Positions 35,396-44,361 of a stretch of DNA of 64,000 nt are shown here, in pieces (position 1 is the stretch's first letter; each line of letters begins with the position of its first letter). The DNA is taken from the NCBI GenBank assembly GCA_963734545.1, contig CAVTHO010000005.1:198886-262885 (forward strand), in the 5' to 3' direction. The DNA comes from an uncultured Spirochaetota bacterium (GTDB lineage: Bacteria; Spirochaetota; Spirochaetia; SZUA-6; Fen-1364). A model generated the notes under the pieces. That model saw nothing but the letters and a program-made list of their open reading frames with translations. It searched no databases and was not told the origin of the DNA. A program made the translations under genes and the position numbers.

Positions 35396-36864
35396 CACGC
35401 TGCCCCCTCTTTCTGCGCGGTCTCCCCGACATTGGCGAAGACCCGGTCGAAGCGCTCCAGGGCGTCGTCGACCACCTCGTCCGTGTCCGCGGCGCTCGTG
35501 TACAGCCTGCTTCCTGCCAGCGTCACGATCCCCTCTGCCGTGAATGCGGCGCCGAACTCCTCCATCATCTGCTTTCTCTGCTTGATCTCCTTCAGCACCC
35601 TGAGGATGCGCAGGAGTTTCAGCTCGACGAACATGCCGGCCGCTGTTTCCAGGTGGCAGATCGAGCCCTGGTTGTACGCCACGTAGGGAAGCCCGCGCCG
35701 CGCCAGAAGCATCTTCAACCCCTCGGTGAGCCGGTCCCCCGCCCGCCCCGCCGCCTCGCACGCGCCCGTCCTCTCGATCTCCTGAATCGTGAAGAATCCG
35801 GCTGCCGCGCTCACCGGGGTGGCGGCCAGAGTGCCGCCGCAGTACGCGCGCCTTTTTCCGCTCTCTATCCCCGCTGCGAGCAGCCTGAGGAGATCGCTGC
35901 GTCCGCCGAGGCCGCCTGCCCCGGGGAAGCCTCCTGCCACGATCTTCCCGAAGATCGTGAGGTCGGGCCGTACATTGAAATAGCCCTGGGCCCCGCCGAG
36001 TCCGACGCGAAAACCGCTGACCACCTCGTCGAAGACCAGGAGCGCACCGTACCTGTCGCAGAGGCGTCGGGCTTCGCGGTTGTAGTCCGCTGTCACGGGA
36101 CGCGTCCCGCTTTCTGGTCCAAGAGGCTCGAGGATGACGGCGGCAGTGCCTCCGCGCAGCCGGTTCACCGACAGGACCCTTTCCAGAGAAGCAAGGTCAT
36201 TCGGCCTGGCCTCTGTTGTGTGACGTGTGCTGGACCGGGGAATGCCATGCGCCTCGAACCTCCGCGTGCCGGGAATCTTCAGGCTGTATACCATCTGATC
36301 CGACCACCCGTGATATGCGCCTCCGATCTTCACGATTTTCGCCTTGCCGGTTGCCAGCCGGGCAACGCGCAGCGCGGCCATCACCGCTTCGGTTCCGCTG
36401 CCGAGCATGCGGAACATCTCCACGGCCGGCATGTGGCGGCGGATTTCCTTTGCCAGCGCGAGCTCGAACTCGTGGAAGAGCCCCGTCGAAGGGCCGCAGC
36501 GATTGAGGAGACGGATGACCTGGTCGCGCACAGCGGGAGGGTTGCTGCCGAGAATGGTCGGCCCGCCTGCCTGCAGGAAATCGATGTAGCGGTTCCCGTC
36601 GATGTCATAGAGGTAGGGTCCCTCGGCCCTGTCGATCACGAGGGGGAACGGATAGTTGAAAGCGAGGTTGTGCTGGACGCCGCCGGGGATGTACTGCCTG
36701 GCTTCCGTGATAATAACTTTCGACTTGCTGCACTTCTCGTCGAAGCATCGAAGATAGCGATCCATGGCCTCGCGGCGGATAGGAAGGGCCGGGCGCCGCA
36801 TGAGTGCCGCCAGCTGCGCATAGATCGCCGTCACGTCATGATAGTTGCTGATTCCGTACCCCAT
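35395..36864 (-). CDS. Class III PLP-dependent aminotransferase (glutamate-1-semialdehyde aminomutase-like)
   Basis: GSGTEA, VILEP, LVFDEVVSGFR, and PLP lysine region IFGKIVAGGFP. It has an unusually long N-terminal (~45 aa) and C-terminal extension. Confidence 0.85.
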   Translation of the reverse strand: MGYGISNYHDVTAIYAQLAALMRRPALPIRREAMDRYLRCFDEKCSKSKVIITEARQYIPGGVQHNLAFNYPFPLVIDRAEGPYLYDIDGNRYIDFLQAGGPTILGSNPPAVRDQVIRLLNRCGPSTGLFHEFELALAKEIRRHMPAVEMFRMLGSGTEAVMAALRVARLATGKAKIVKIGGAYHGWSDQMVYSLKIPGTRRFEAHGIPRSSTRHTTEARPNDLASLERVLSVNRLRGGTAAVILEPLGPESGTRPVTADYNREARRLCDRYGALLVFDEVVSGFRVGLGGAQGYFNVRPDLTIFGKIVAGGFPGAGGLGGRSDLLRLLAAGIESGKRRAYCGGTLAATPVSAAAGFFTIQEIERTGACEAAGRAGDRLTEGLKMLLARRGLPYVAYNQGSICHLETAAGMFVELKLLRILRVLKEIKQRKQMMEEFGAAFTAEGIVTLAGSRLYTSAADTDEVVDDALERFDRVFANVGETAQKEGAA

Positions 36865-36891
36865 CGCCGATCCCCTTGATTTCGCCTAAGT

Positions 36892-36932
36892 GCATGATAG
36901 ACTCATGCTTCGTGGCGAGTGAGTGCTCACTC
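36892..36932. promoter_or_regulatory. Two palindromes in the divergent promoter region (candidate TetR operators)
   Basis: GCATGA-tagac-TCATGC (36892-36908) and GAGTGAG-tg-CTCACTC (36917-36932). They lie between the aminotransferase start (36864, minus) and the tetR start (37003, plus). Confidence 0.4.
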
Positions 36933-37002
36933 CCAATAGTGTATCTCAATTTATCAGGTTTCGATAGAATTGCAAGAGCTGTTGTACAAGGGGAATCACC
37001 GC

Positions 37003-37671
37003 ATGGAAGAACAGTATTTCACCGCCACATTCGGCCGGCTCCCGCTCGAAAAACAGGAGCGTCTCCTCACGATTGCCAAGCAGGCGTTCGCGAAGGGCGG
37101 TTTTGCCGCAACGAGCGTGAACGCCATTGCGGCTGCCGCGGGAATCAGCATTGGTACACTGTATAAGTACTTTCGCTCCAAGGAAGACCTCTTCCTGACG
37201 ATCATCGGCCAGGGCCACGACCTGCTGCAAAACGTATTGGAGGGAATTGTCGGCGGCACCGATCTCCTGCCGGCCAAGATAGAGCGTCTTCTCCAGGCCG
37301 CAGTCGCCTATTCCGAACAGGACCCGGATTTCGTGAAGATCTACATCGACTGCACGACGCAGGGCCTTGCGCCGCTGGCGGCCCGCTTGTCACGCAGCAT
37401 CGAGAGCATCGCCGCGGACGCGTACCGCCGCCTCCTCAGCGAAGCTCAAGCGCGTGGAGAGATCGATCCTGCGCTGGACACATCCGTCGCCGCCTTCTGT
37501 CTCGACAACCTTCTCCTCATGCTCCAGTACTCCTTCGGCTGCGGCTACTACCGGGAAAGGCTCGCCCTGTTCGCAGGCAGCACAGCCCTGTCCGACCCGC
37601 AAACCGTGATCAAGGGAAGCATGCACTTCATCGCGAACGCGCTCGGCTGTGTCGCGCATGAGTCCGGTTGA
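37003..37671 (+). CDS. TetR/AcrR-family transcriptional regulator
   Basis: N-terminal HTH FAATSVNAIAAAAGISIGTLYKYFRSKEDLF. Start taken at ATG 37003 (MEEQYF). Confidence 0.85.
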   Translation: MEEQYFTATFGRLPLEKQERLLTIAKQAFAKGGFAATSVNAIAAAAGISIGTLYKYFRSKEDLFLTIIGQGHDLLQNVLEGIVGGTDLLPAKIERLLQAAVAYSEQDPDFVKIYIDCTTQGLAPLAARLSRSIESIAADAYRRLLSEAQARGEIDPALDTSVAAFCLDNLLLMLQYSFGCGYYRERLALFAGSTALSDPQTVIKGSMHFIANALGCVAHESG

Positions 37672-37771
37672 TGGTTGTTGTCCGCGGAGGAGCCGCTCGT
37701 TAATTTATACGTGGCGCGCGTGCTCTGCCGTACTGCCGCAGGGGAGCCGGAGCGCCGCCAAGGAGGCTCCG

Positions 37772-38977
37772 GTGATCATCGAACCGAAAATCAGGAATAA
37801 TGTCTGCCTGACCGCACACCCCACGGGGTGCGCCCGTCAGGTGGCAGACCAGATCGAATACGTGCGGAAACACGGCGTAATGAAATCGGCCGCAGGGCTC
37901 CCGACCCGGGCCCTGATTGTCGGCTCCTCCAATGGCTACGGGCTGGCTTCCCGCATCGTGGCCGCGTACGGATGCGGTGCAGCCACGGTCGGCATCGCCT
38001 TCGAGCGGCCCGGCTCCAACGACCAGGGTCGTGACAAAGTCGGCACGGCCGGCTGGTACAACGACCAGGCGTTCCTGAAACGCGCGGCGGCCGACGGCCT
38101 GGGTGCGTGGAGCCTGAACGGCGACGCCTTCTCCCAGGAAGTGAAAGATCAGGCAATCGATCTGATCCGCAGCAACCTCGGCCCTGTAGACCTCCTGATC
38201 TACAGCATCGCCTCCCCTCGGCGGCAGGATCCTGCCACCGGCACCCTCCACTCTTCGGTAATCAAGCCGATCGGCAAGCCGTACGTATCAGCCAGCCTTG
38301 ATTTTCTGACCGGAGTAGTGTCGGAAACGCGCGCCGATCCCGCGGTCTCCCAGCAGGAAATCGACGACACGGTCAAGGTCATGGGCGGTGAGGACTGGAA
38401 GCTCTGGGTGGAGGCGCTCCAGCGGGCAGGCCTGCTCGCGGACCGCGCAACCACCGTCGCATTCTCCTACATCGGACCGTCCTTTACCGCTCCCATCTAT
38501 CGGGACGGCACTATCGGCCGGGCCAAGGAGCACCTGGAGGAGACCGCCCGGCAGCTTCACAGCGTCCTTTCACGGCGCGGCGGCCGGGCACTGGTGTCGG
38601 TGAACAAGGCCCTGGTCACGCGGGCCAGCGCCGTCATACCTGCGGTTCCGCTTTACATCGCCATACTCTACCGGGTCATGAAGGAGAAGGGACTGCACGA
38701 GGCGTGCATCCAGCAGATGGACCGGCTCTTCCGCGAATTCCTGTACGCGGACCGCCCGCTGCAGGTTGACAGTGAGGGCCGGGTACGGCTGGATGACCTG
38801 GAGATGAGGGAGGACGTGCAGGGCGAGGTGGCACGACGCTGGCAGCAGGCCGCAACGGATACCATCCAGCAGCTGGCGGACGTGGAGGGATTCCGCAGTG
38901 AATACCTCAACTATCATGGATTCGGCGTGCACGGCATCGACTACGGCGTAGAAGTGGATCCGCGCGGAGACGCGTAG
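37772..38977 (+). CDS. fabV: Trans-2-enoyl-CoA/ACP reductase (FabV/TER family)
   Basis: GTG 37772 after AAGGAGG gives VIIEPKIRNNVCLTAHPTGC, the family N-terminus. GSSNGYGLASR, YSIASP, the Y...K region (FSYIGP....IYRDGTIGRAKEHLE), and KALVTRASAVIP. Confidence 0.85.
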   Translation: MIIEPKIRNNVCLTAHPTGCARQVADQIEYVRKHGVMKSAAGLPTRALIVGSSNGYGLASRIVAAYGCGAATVGIAFERPGSNDQGRDKVGTAGWYNDQAFLKRAAADGLGAWSLNGDAFSQEVKDQAIDLIRSNLGPVDLLIYSIASPRRQDPATGTLHSSVIKPIGKPYVSASLDFLTGVVSETRADPAVSQQEIDDTVKVMGGEDWKLWVEALQRAGLLADRATTVAFSYIGPSFTAPIYRDGTIGRAKEHLEETARQLHSVLSRRGGRALVSVNKALVTRASAVIPAVPLYIAILYRVMKEKGLHEACIQQMDRLFREFLYADRPLQVDSEGRVRLDDLEMREDVQGEVARRWQQAATDTIQQLADVEGFRSEYLNYHGFGVHGIDYGVEVDPRGDA

Positions 38978-38980
38978 GCA

Positions 38981-39170
38981 TGGATGCCGAGGGCGAGCGA
39001 GTCCAGGGATGGACGAAAGCGAGCCCGTAGGCCTTCCGCGGTATCCCGCGGAGTTGGATGGCGAGGGCGAGCGAGTCCAGGGATGGACGAAAGCGAGCCC
39101 GTAGCCAGGACGGCGAGGGCCGACGAGCACATGGATGTGCGAAAGGAGGCCCGTAGCCCTTCCGCGGTGG
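38981..39170. repeat. Intergenic tandem repeat, period 74 nt (two near-identical copies plus one diverged)
   Basis: TGGATGSCGAGGGCGAGCGAGTCCAGGGATGGACGAAAGCGAGCCCGTAG occurs at 38981-39030 and 39055-39104 with one mismatch. A third, diverged copy runs from 39105 to about 39170. Spacer CCTTCCGCGGTATCCCGCGGAGT resembles the CCGCGG repeat family. It lies between the convergent fabV and fhs genes. Confidence 0.85.
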
Positions 39171-39207
39171 GTCAGTGAAGCGTCCGAGGGTGTGAGAGAA
39201 GCTGTAC

Positions 39208-40991
39208 CTAGAACAGTCCCTTCACCCTGCCCGTGTCTCAACGTCCACGTCGATGTTGCGGAACGCCGGCTCCGACGCGGTCCCGGGCATCAGCTTGATG
39301 TCTCCCGCCACGGGCACGATGAACCCCGCCCCCCGGTACTGCAGGATGTCGCGGATGGGAAGCGTCCACCCCTTCGGCCGTGCCCTTGATGCGTCGGGTC
39401 GTGCGACAGGGAGAGGTGCGTCTTCACCATGCAGGTGCCCAGCTTCGAGAGCTCGGCGTCCGCCTCTATGGCCTTCAGCTTCTCCTGCGCCAGCCGGCGT
39501 GTAGGAGACCCCGTCCGCGCCGTAGACCTTGGTGGCGATGAGCCGGATCCGCTCCGACAGCGGCGTGGAAAGCTCGTAGAGGAACTTGAACTTCGACGGC
39601 TGGTTGCAGGCGTCCACCACGGTCTCCGCCAGCTCCACGCGCGCCCTCGCCGCCCTTTTCCCAGTGCTTCGAGACGCGCCACACGCGCGCCCGCGGCTTC
39701 CGCGGCACTTGCTGCATGAGCGGCGATCTCCTCGTCGGTGTCCGTGTAGAAGTGGTTGATGCAGACCACGGGCTCGATGCCCGGAGAGCTTGATCGTCTC
39801 GATGTGCGCCACGAGGTTCTCCAGCCCCTTCTCCACCAGCGGCACGTTCTTTTCCGTGTAGGCCTTGTCCAGCGCCTTCCCGGGCGCCACCCGCGGCCCG
39901 CCGCCGTGCATCTTCAGCGCGCGCACGGTGCACACGAGCACGGAGCAGTTCGGCGTGAGCCCGCTGAAGCGGCACTTCAGGTTCCAGAACTTCTCGAACC
40001 CGATGTCCGCGGCGAAGCCGCTCTCCGTCACGTGGTAGTCGGCCAGCTTCAGCGCCACGCGGTCCGCGATGATCGACGACTGGCCGATGGCGATGTTGGC
40101 AAAGGGCCCCGCGTGCACGAGCACCGGCTGGCCCTCGATGGTCTGCAGGAGGTTCGGGTTGATGGCCTTGGCCATGAGGGCGGTCATGGCCCCGTCACAG
40201 CCCAGGTCGTGCGTGGTGACGGGCTGCCCGGACTTGCTGTAGGCCACGACGATCCGGCCCATGCGCTCGCGCATGTCCTTCAGGTCCGAGGCAACGGCGA
40301 GGATGGCCATGATCTCCGAGGAGACGGTGATCTGGAACCCGCTCTTCATCATGAACCCGTCCATGTCGGAGCCCAGGCCGATGATGATCTCCCGCAGCGC
40401 CTGCGCGCAGAAGTCGATGCACCAGCCCTGCGCGATGTTGCGGGGGTCGATGTCCAGGCGCGTGAGGCCGCGCTTGCGCGAGGCCCGCGTCGCCGTAGTT
40501 GAACTCGTGCTGCATCCGCGCGGTGAGCGCCACCATGGAGAGGTTGTGCGCGTTGGTGATGGCATCGATGTCGCCGGTGAGCCCGAGGGAGAAATCGGTG
40601 AGCGGGATGCACTGCGCCAGCCCGCCGCCCGCGGCCGAGCCCTTGATGTTGAACGTCGGTCCCGCCGGAAGGCTGGCGGATGGCGCCGATGACCTTCTTG
40701 CCGATCTTCCCGAGGCCCTCCACGAGCCCCATGGTCGTGGTGGACTTGCCCTCGCCCAGGGGGGTGGGGGTGATGGCCGTGACCTCGACGTATTTCCCGT
40801 CGGGCCGTGCCTGTCAGCCTGTTCGAGGATGCTCATGTAGTCGAGCTTGGCCACATAGTGGCCGTAGGGCAGGAGCTCCTTTTCCTCGAGGCCCAGCTCC
40901 CGGCGCAAGCTGCTTCACCGGCTTCATGTCCGGCTTCCGCGGCCTCCGCAATCTCCCAGTCCTTCATCGTCTTCGGATCAAGCCTGCTCAT
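39208..40991 (-). pseudogene. fhs: Formate--tetrahydrofolate ligase with 11 reading-frame breaks (degraded gene or low-quality consensus)
   Basis: Segments in all three minus frames concatenate into a full FHS: MSRLDPKTMKDWEIAEAAEAG | MKPVKQLA | RELGLEEKELLPYG... | [26 protein letters not shown]...RQPSGG | [13 protein letters not shown]... | [13 protein letters not shown]...HAGPFANIA...VRALKMHGG...IKLSG | IEPVVCINHFYTDTDEE... | VSKHWEKGGEGAR | ELAETVV...GADGVSYTP | LAQEKLKAIE...SLSHDP | ..ARPKGWTLPIRD...AGFIVPVAGDIKLMPG...NIDVDV | DTGRVKGLF*. RBS GAGGAGGAG. Confidence 0.85.
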
Positions 40992-41109
40992 CTTCTCCTC
41001 CTCGGCTGCAACCTCGCGCGCATCATGCGGAGATGAACCGTGCGTAGTGTATATCCCCTGCCCGGGGGTAGCAACTGATCCGCTCACCGTTGTATCCTCG
41101 GCCCGTACA

Positions 41110-42565
41110 ATGACCTCACCGCAGGACTCCCACACGCACGATGCACCGGCACACGATGAGGGCGGTTTTTTCCAGCGGCTTGCCCGGCGCACGGAGAGCT
41201 CCCTTCTCTGCGTGGGCATCGATCCGCCCCTGGAGGCTGTCCCCGTCGGGGAGCTCTTCGCATACGGCCGGAGGATCGTGGACGCTACGCGCGAAGCGGC
41301 ATGCCTGTACAAGCCGAACATCGCATTCTTCGAGGCGCGCGGCATCGAGGGTCTGGAAAGGCTGCGGGAGCTGATCGACTACATTCACGAGGCAGGCTTC
41401 CTCGTGCTCCTCGACGCCAAGAGGGGCGACATCTCCTCCACGGCCGCCGCGTACGGGCATGCGGCCTTCACCCAGTGGCGGGCGGACGCCCTGACGGTCA
41501 ACCCGCTCCTCGGCGGGGATGGTGTGGAGCCGTTCACCGCGTACACGGATCGCGGCGTCTTTATCCTGTGTCATACCTCCAATCCCGGGGCGAAGGAGCT
41601 CCAGGAGCTCGATGTGGGAGGCATGCCCCTGTACGAGCGCATCGCCCGGCTTGCCGACGGATGGAACTCGCGCGGCAACGTGGGTCTCGTGGTGGGAGCA
41701 ACGTTTCCGGAGGTTCTCGAGCGCGTGCGCATGATCGTACCGGATATGTGGCTGCTGCTTCCCGGCATCGGCGCCCAGGGCGGCGACCTCGACGCGAGTC
41801 TCGAGGCGGCATTGGACGACTCGGGAACCAGGGTCCTCGTGAATGTATCCCGCTCAATCTCGGACGCCGCCGACCCGCGCGCAGCGGCAATCGCGTACAG
41901 GGACCGGGTGAACACCGCCCGGGAGAAGCGTGCGCGGCGCGCCAGGACACTGCGGCCGGGCACATCCCGCGCTCTTGCCGACCAGATCGCCCTGGGCCTG
42001 CACGAGCTGGGCGCCATTCGCTTCGGAGAGTTCACCCTCAAGTCCGGACTGCTTTCCCCCCTGTACGTCGATCTCCGTCTCCTGGTGAGCAACCCGAAGC
42101 TCATGGCGCTCGTGGCGCGCTCGCTCGCCCGGCTTCTGCAGGACCTCCGGTTCGACCGCATCGCGGCCATTCCCTACGGCGGGCTCCCCATCGGACAGGC
42201 CGTGGCAATGGCGTGCGACAGACCGCTCATCTATCCGCGCAAGGAGGCCAAGGAGCACGGGACGAAGAACCTGATCGAAGGCGCATACTCGGCCGGAGAG
42301 ACGGTCGTCGTCCTGGATGACCTGATCACGACCGGCGGGAGCAAGCTCGAGGCCATGGCGCCGCTCACGGACGCGGGCCTGAAGGTGAAGGACGTGGTCG
42401 TCCTGGTGGACCGGGAACAGGGCGGAAGAGCAGGAGCTCGCCGCGCATGGGCTGGCTCTCCATGCCGTGCTCACGCTAAGCGAGCTCCTGGACTCACTGG
42501 TGCGCGGCGGCAGGATCAGCGAAACGGTGCGCAGGGATGTGCGCGCTCGCCTCGGGATCGGTTGA
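41110..42565 (+). CDS. pyrF/pyrE: Bifunctional orotidine-5'-phosphate decarboxylase (type 2) / orotate phosphoribosyltransferase fusion; one frame break at about 42421-42430
   Basis: The N-terminal half is PyrF type 2 ([27 protein letters not shown]). The C-terminal half is PyrE ([19 protein letters not shown] loop [13 protein letters not shown]). The tail [21 protein letters not shown]...GIG* is reached by dropping one A at GGA[A]GAG. ORF-track residues upstream of ATG 41110 are antisense to fhs. Confidence 0.8.
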
Positions 42566-43549
42566 CCTTTCCTGCCGGATCGCGGGGGTTCGCCTTTCCA
42601 ATCCCCTCGTCCTGGCCTCCGGTATCTGGGGCACCTCTCCCTCCCTGCTGGAGCGGGCCGCCCGTACGGGAGCCGGCGCGGTCACCGCAAAGACCTGCAC
42701 CCCCGTCCCGCGCAGGGGCCACAGGAATCCGACGGCAATCGACTGGGGTCATGGCCTGATCAACGCCATGGGGCTGCCGAATCCGGGCGCGGAGGAGGAG
42801 GTCAGGCTCCTTCAGGAAGCCGTCCGCAGGCTGGCCCCCCTCGGGGTGCCGCTCATTGCGAGCATCTCCGCGGACACGGCGGAGGACTTCGGCCGAGGCC
42901 GCCGCGATCGTCTCACGCGCGGGCCCTGCCCTCATCGAGGTGAACATCTCCTGCCCCAACGTGCAGTCGGAGCAATGCGAGATGTTCGCCGCCTCGGCGG
43001 AGGCTGCCGCGCAGGTCACGCGCAGCGTGAAAGCCGCCACGTCCATCCCCTGCATCATCAAGCTCTCCCCGAACGTGCCCGACATCGGGGCGATCGCCCG
43101 GGCGGTCGTGGCCGCGGGCGCGGACGCCATCACGGCCATCAACACCATGCCGGGCATGCTCGTGGATGCGGAGACAGGCGCGCCGGTTCTGGCCAACCGC
43201 AGCGGCGGCATCTCGGGGCCGGCGCTCAAGCCCATTGCGCTTCGATGCGTGCACGAGATCGCCTCGGCCGTGGAGCGTTCCCCTCATCGGCACCGGCGGC
43301 GTGCTCTCGGGCCAGGATGCGGTGGAGATGATATCCGCGGGCGCGGTCTGCGTGGGAGTGGGCTCCGCTGTCTTCTATCGCGGGGAGAACGCGTTCTCGC
43401 TCATCCGGGACGAGCTCTCCCGATGGCTGCGGGACCGCGGGTACACCTGTCTGCAGGAGATCCGCGGCAGGACCCACCGGCCATTGGACGCGCGAGGCGG
43501 GAGCAATCCCGCCGCCCGTGCCCGGCTGGGAGGAAGACGATGCCCGATA
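42537..43549 (+). CDS. pyrD: Dihydroorotate dehydrogenase, class 1B catalytic subunit; at least 2 frame breaks (about 42885-42897 and 43273-43280); 3' end uncertain
   Basis: L.NP...[74 protein letters not shown]. These segments are spread over three frames. Confidence 0.8.
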
Positions 43550-44361
43550 GTCTTCACCGGCCCGCGCGCGTCACCAGGAGGATCGTGGAGAACGCGAAGA
43601 CCGTTTCGCTCGTCCTGGATGTCTCGATGACGGCAGCTCCCGGGCAGTTTGCCATGCTCTGGATTCCCGGCATGGACGAGAAACCATTCAGCATCTCGGA
43701 CGCAGACCCGCTTCAGTTCACCATCGCCCGGGTCGGACCGTTCAGCGACGTCCTGCATGCTCTCGAAGTCGGCGACACGCTTTGGGTGCGCGGTCCCTTC
43801 GGCACGGGGATACTCGGCGGCAGCGGGGCGCACGCTCCTCGTGGGCGGAGGCTACGGCGCCGCGCCGCTGTGCTTCCTGGGGCGCTCGATCCTGGAAGCA
43901 GGAGCCGCCGGTATCGAGGCCGCGCTGGGGGCCCGGACCTCGGCTGACCTCCTGTTCGTGGAGCGATTTCAGGCCCTTGGCGCGGAGGTGCACGTGGCAA
44001 CCGAAGACGGCTCCGCGGGCACGCGGGGACGCGTGACGGATGTCGTGGCGCCGCTCCTGGAATCGGGCAGGTTCGCGCGGCTGTGCGCCTGCGGTCCCGA
44101 GGGCATGCTGGAAAGCCTTGCCGATGCTCTGCCGCGCGGCCCGCGTGCCCGCGGAGCTGTCCTACGAGGCATACATGCGCTGCGGCATCGGCATCTGCGG
44201 CTCCTGCGAGCACGGCGGCGCGCCTGGTGTGCATGGACGGCCCGGTCGTCTCCGTCGCGGCGCCCGAGTACGGGAGTGCGCGGGGACGCGCTCGGCCCGA
44301 AGGCCGTACCCGTTCGGGGAATACCCCGTACGGAACCGCCATGGGGACTGACCGGCCATGA
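43540..44361 (+). CDS. pyrK: Dihydroorotate dehydrogenase electron-transfer subunit (FAD/[2Fe-2S]); 3 frame breaks (about 43804-43812, 44129-44136, 44214-44224)
   Basis: RBS GGAGGAAG then ATG 43540. [38 protein letters not shown], and Fe-S motif [23 protein letters not shown]. The C-terminal tail contains a repeat element. The stop overlaps the methyltransferase start (ATGA). Confidence 0.75.
44290..44345. repeat. GC-rich palindromic repeat (family member) in the 3' end of pyrK
   Basis: GGCCGTACCCGTTCGGGGAATACCCCGTACGGAACCGCC. The 26-mer at 44306-44331 is the exact reverse complement of 31584-31609. Confidence 0.8.

Noticed and set aside
38981-39170. Possible CRISPR array (also considered for 53862-53950 and 33031-33100)
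   Set aside because: The repeats are directly adjacent or separated by a constant, not unique, spacer. Periods of 74, 27 or 26 nt and at most 3 units do not fit CRISPR architecture. There are no cas genes in the window.
40807-41109. N-terminal extension of the pyrF-pyrE ORF
   Set aside because: It is antisense to the 5' end of fhs and to its RBS. PyrF similarity begins only after ATG 41110.
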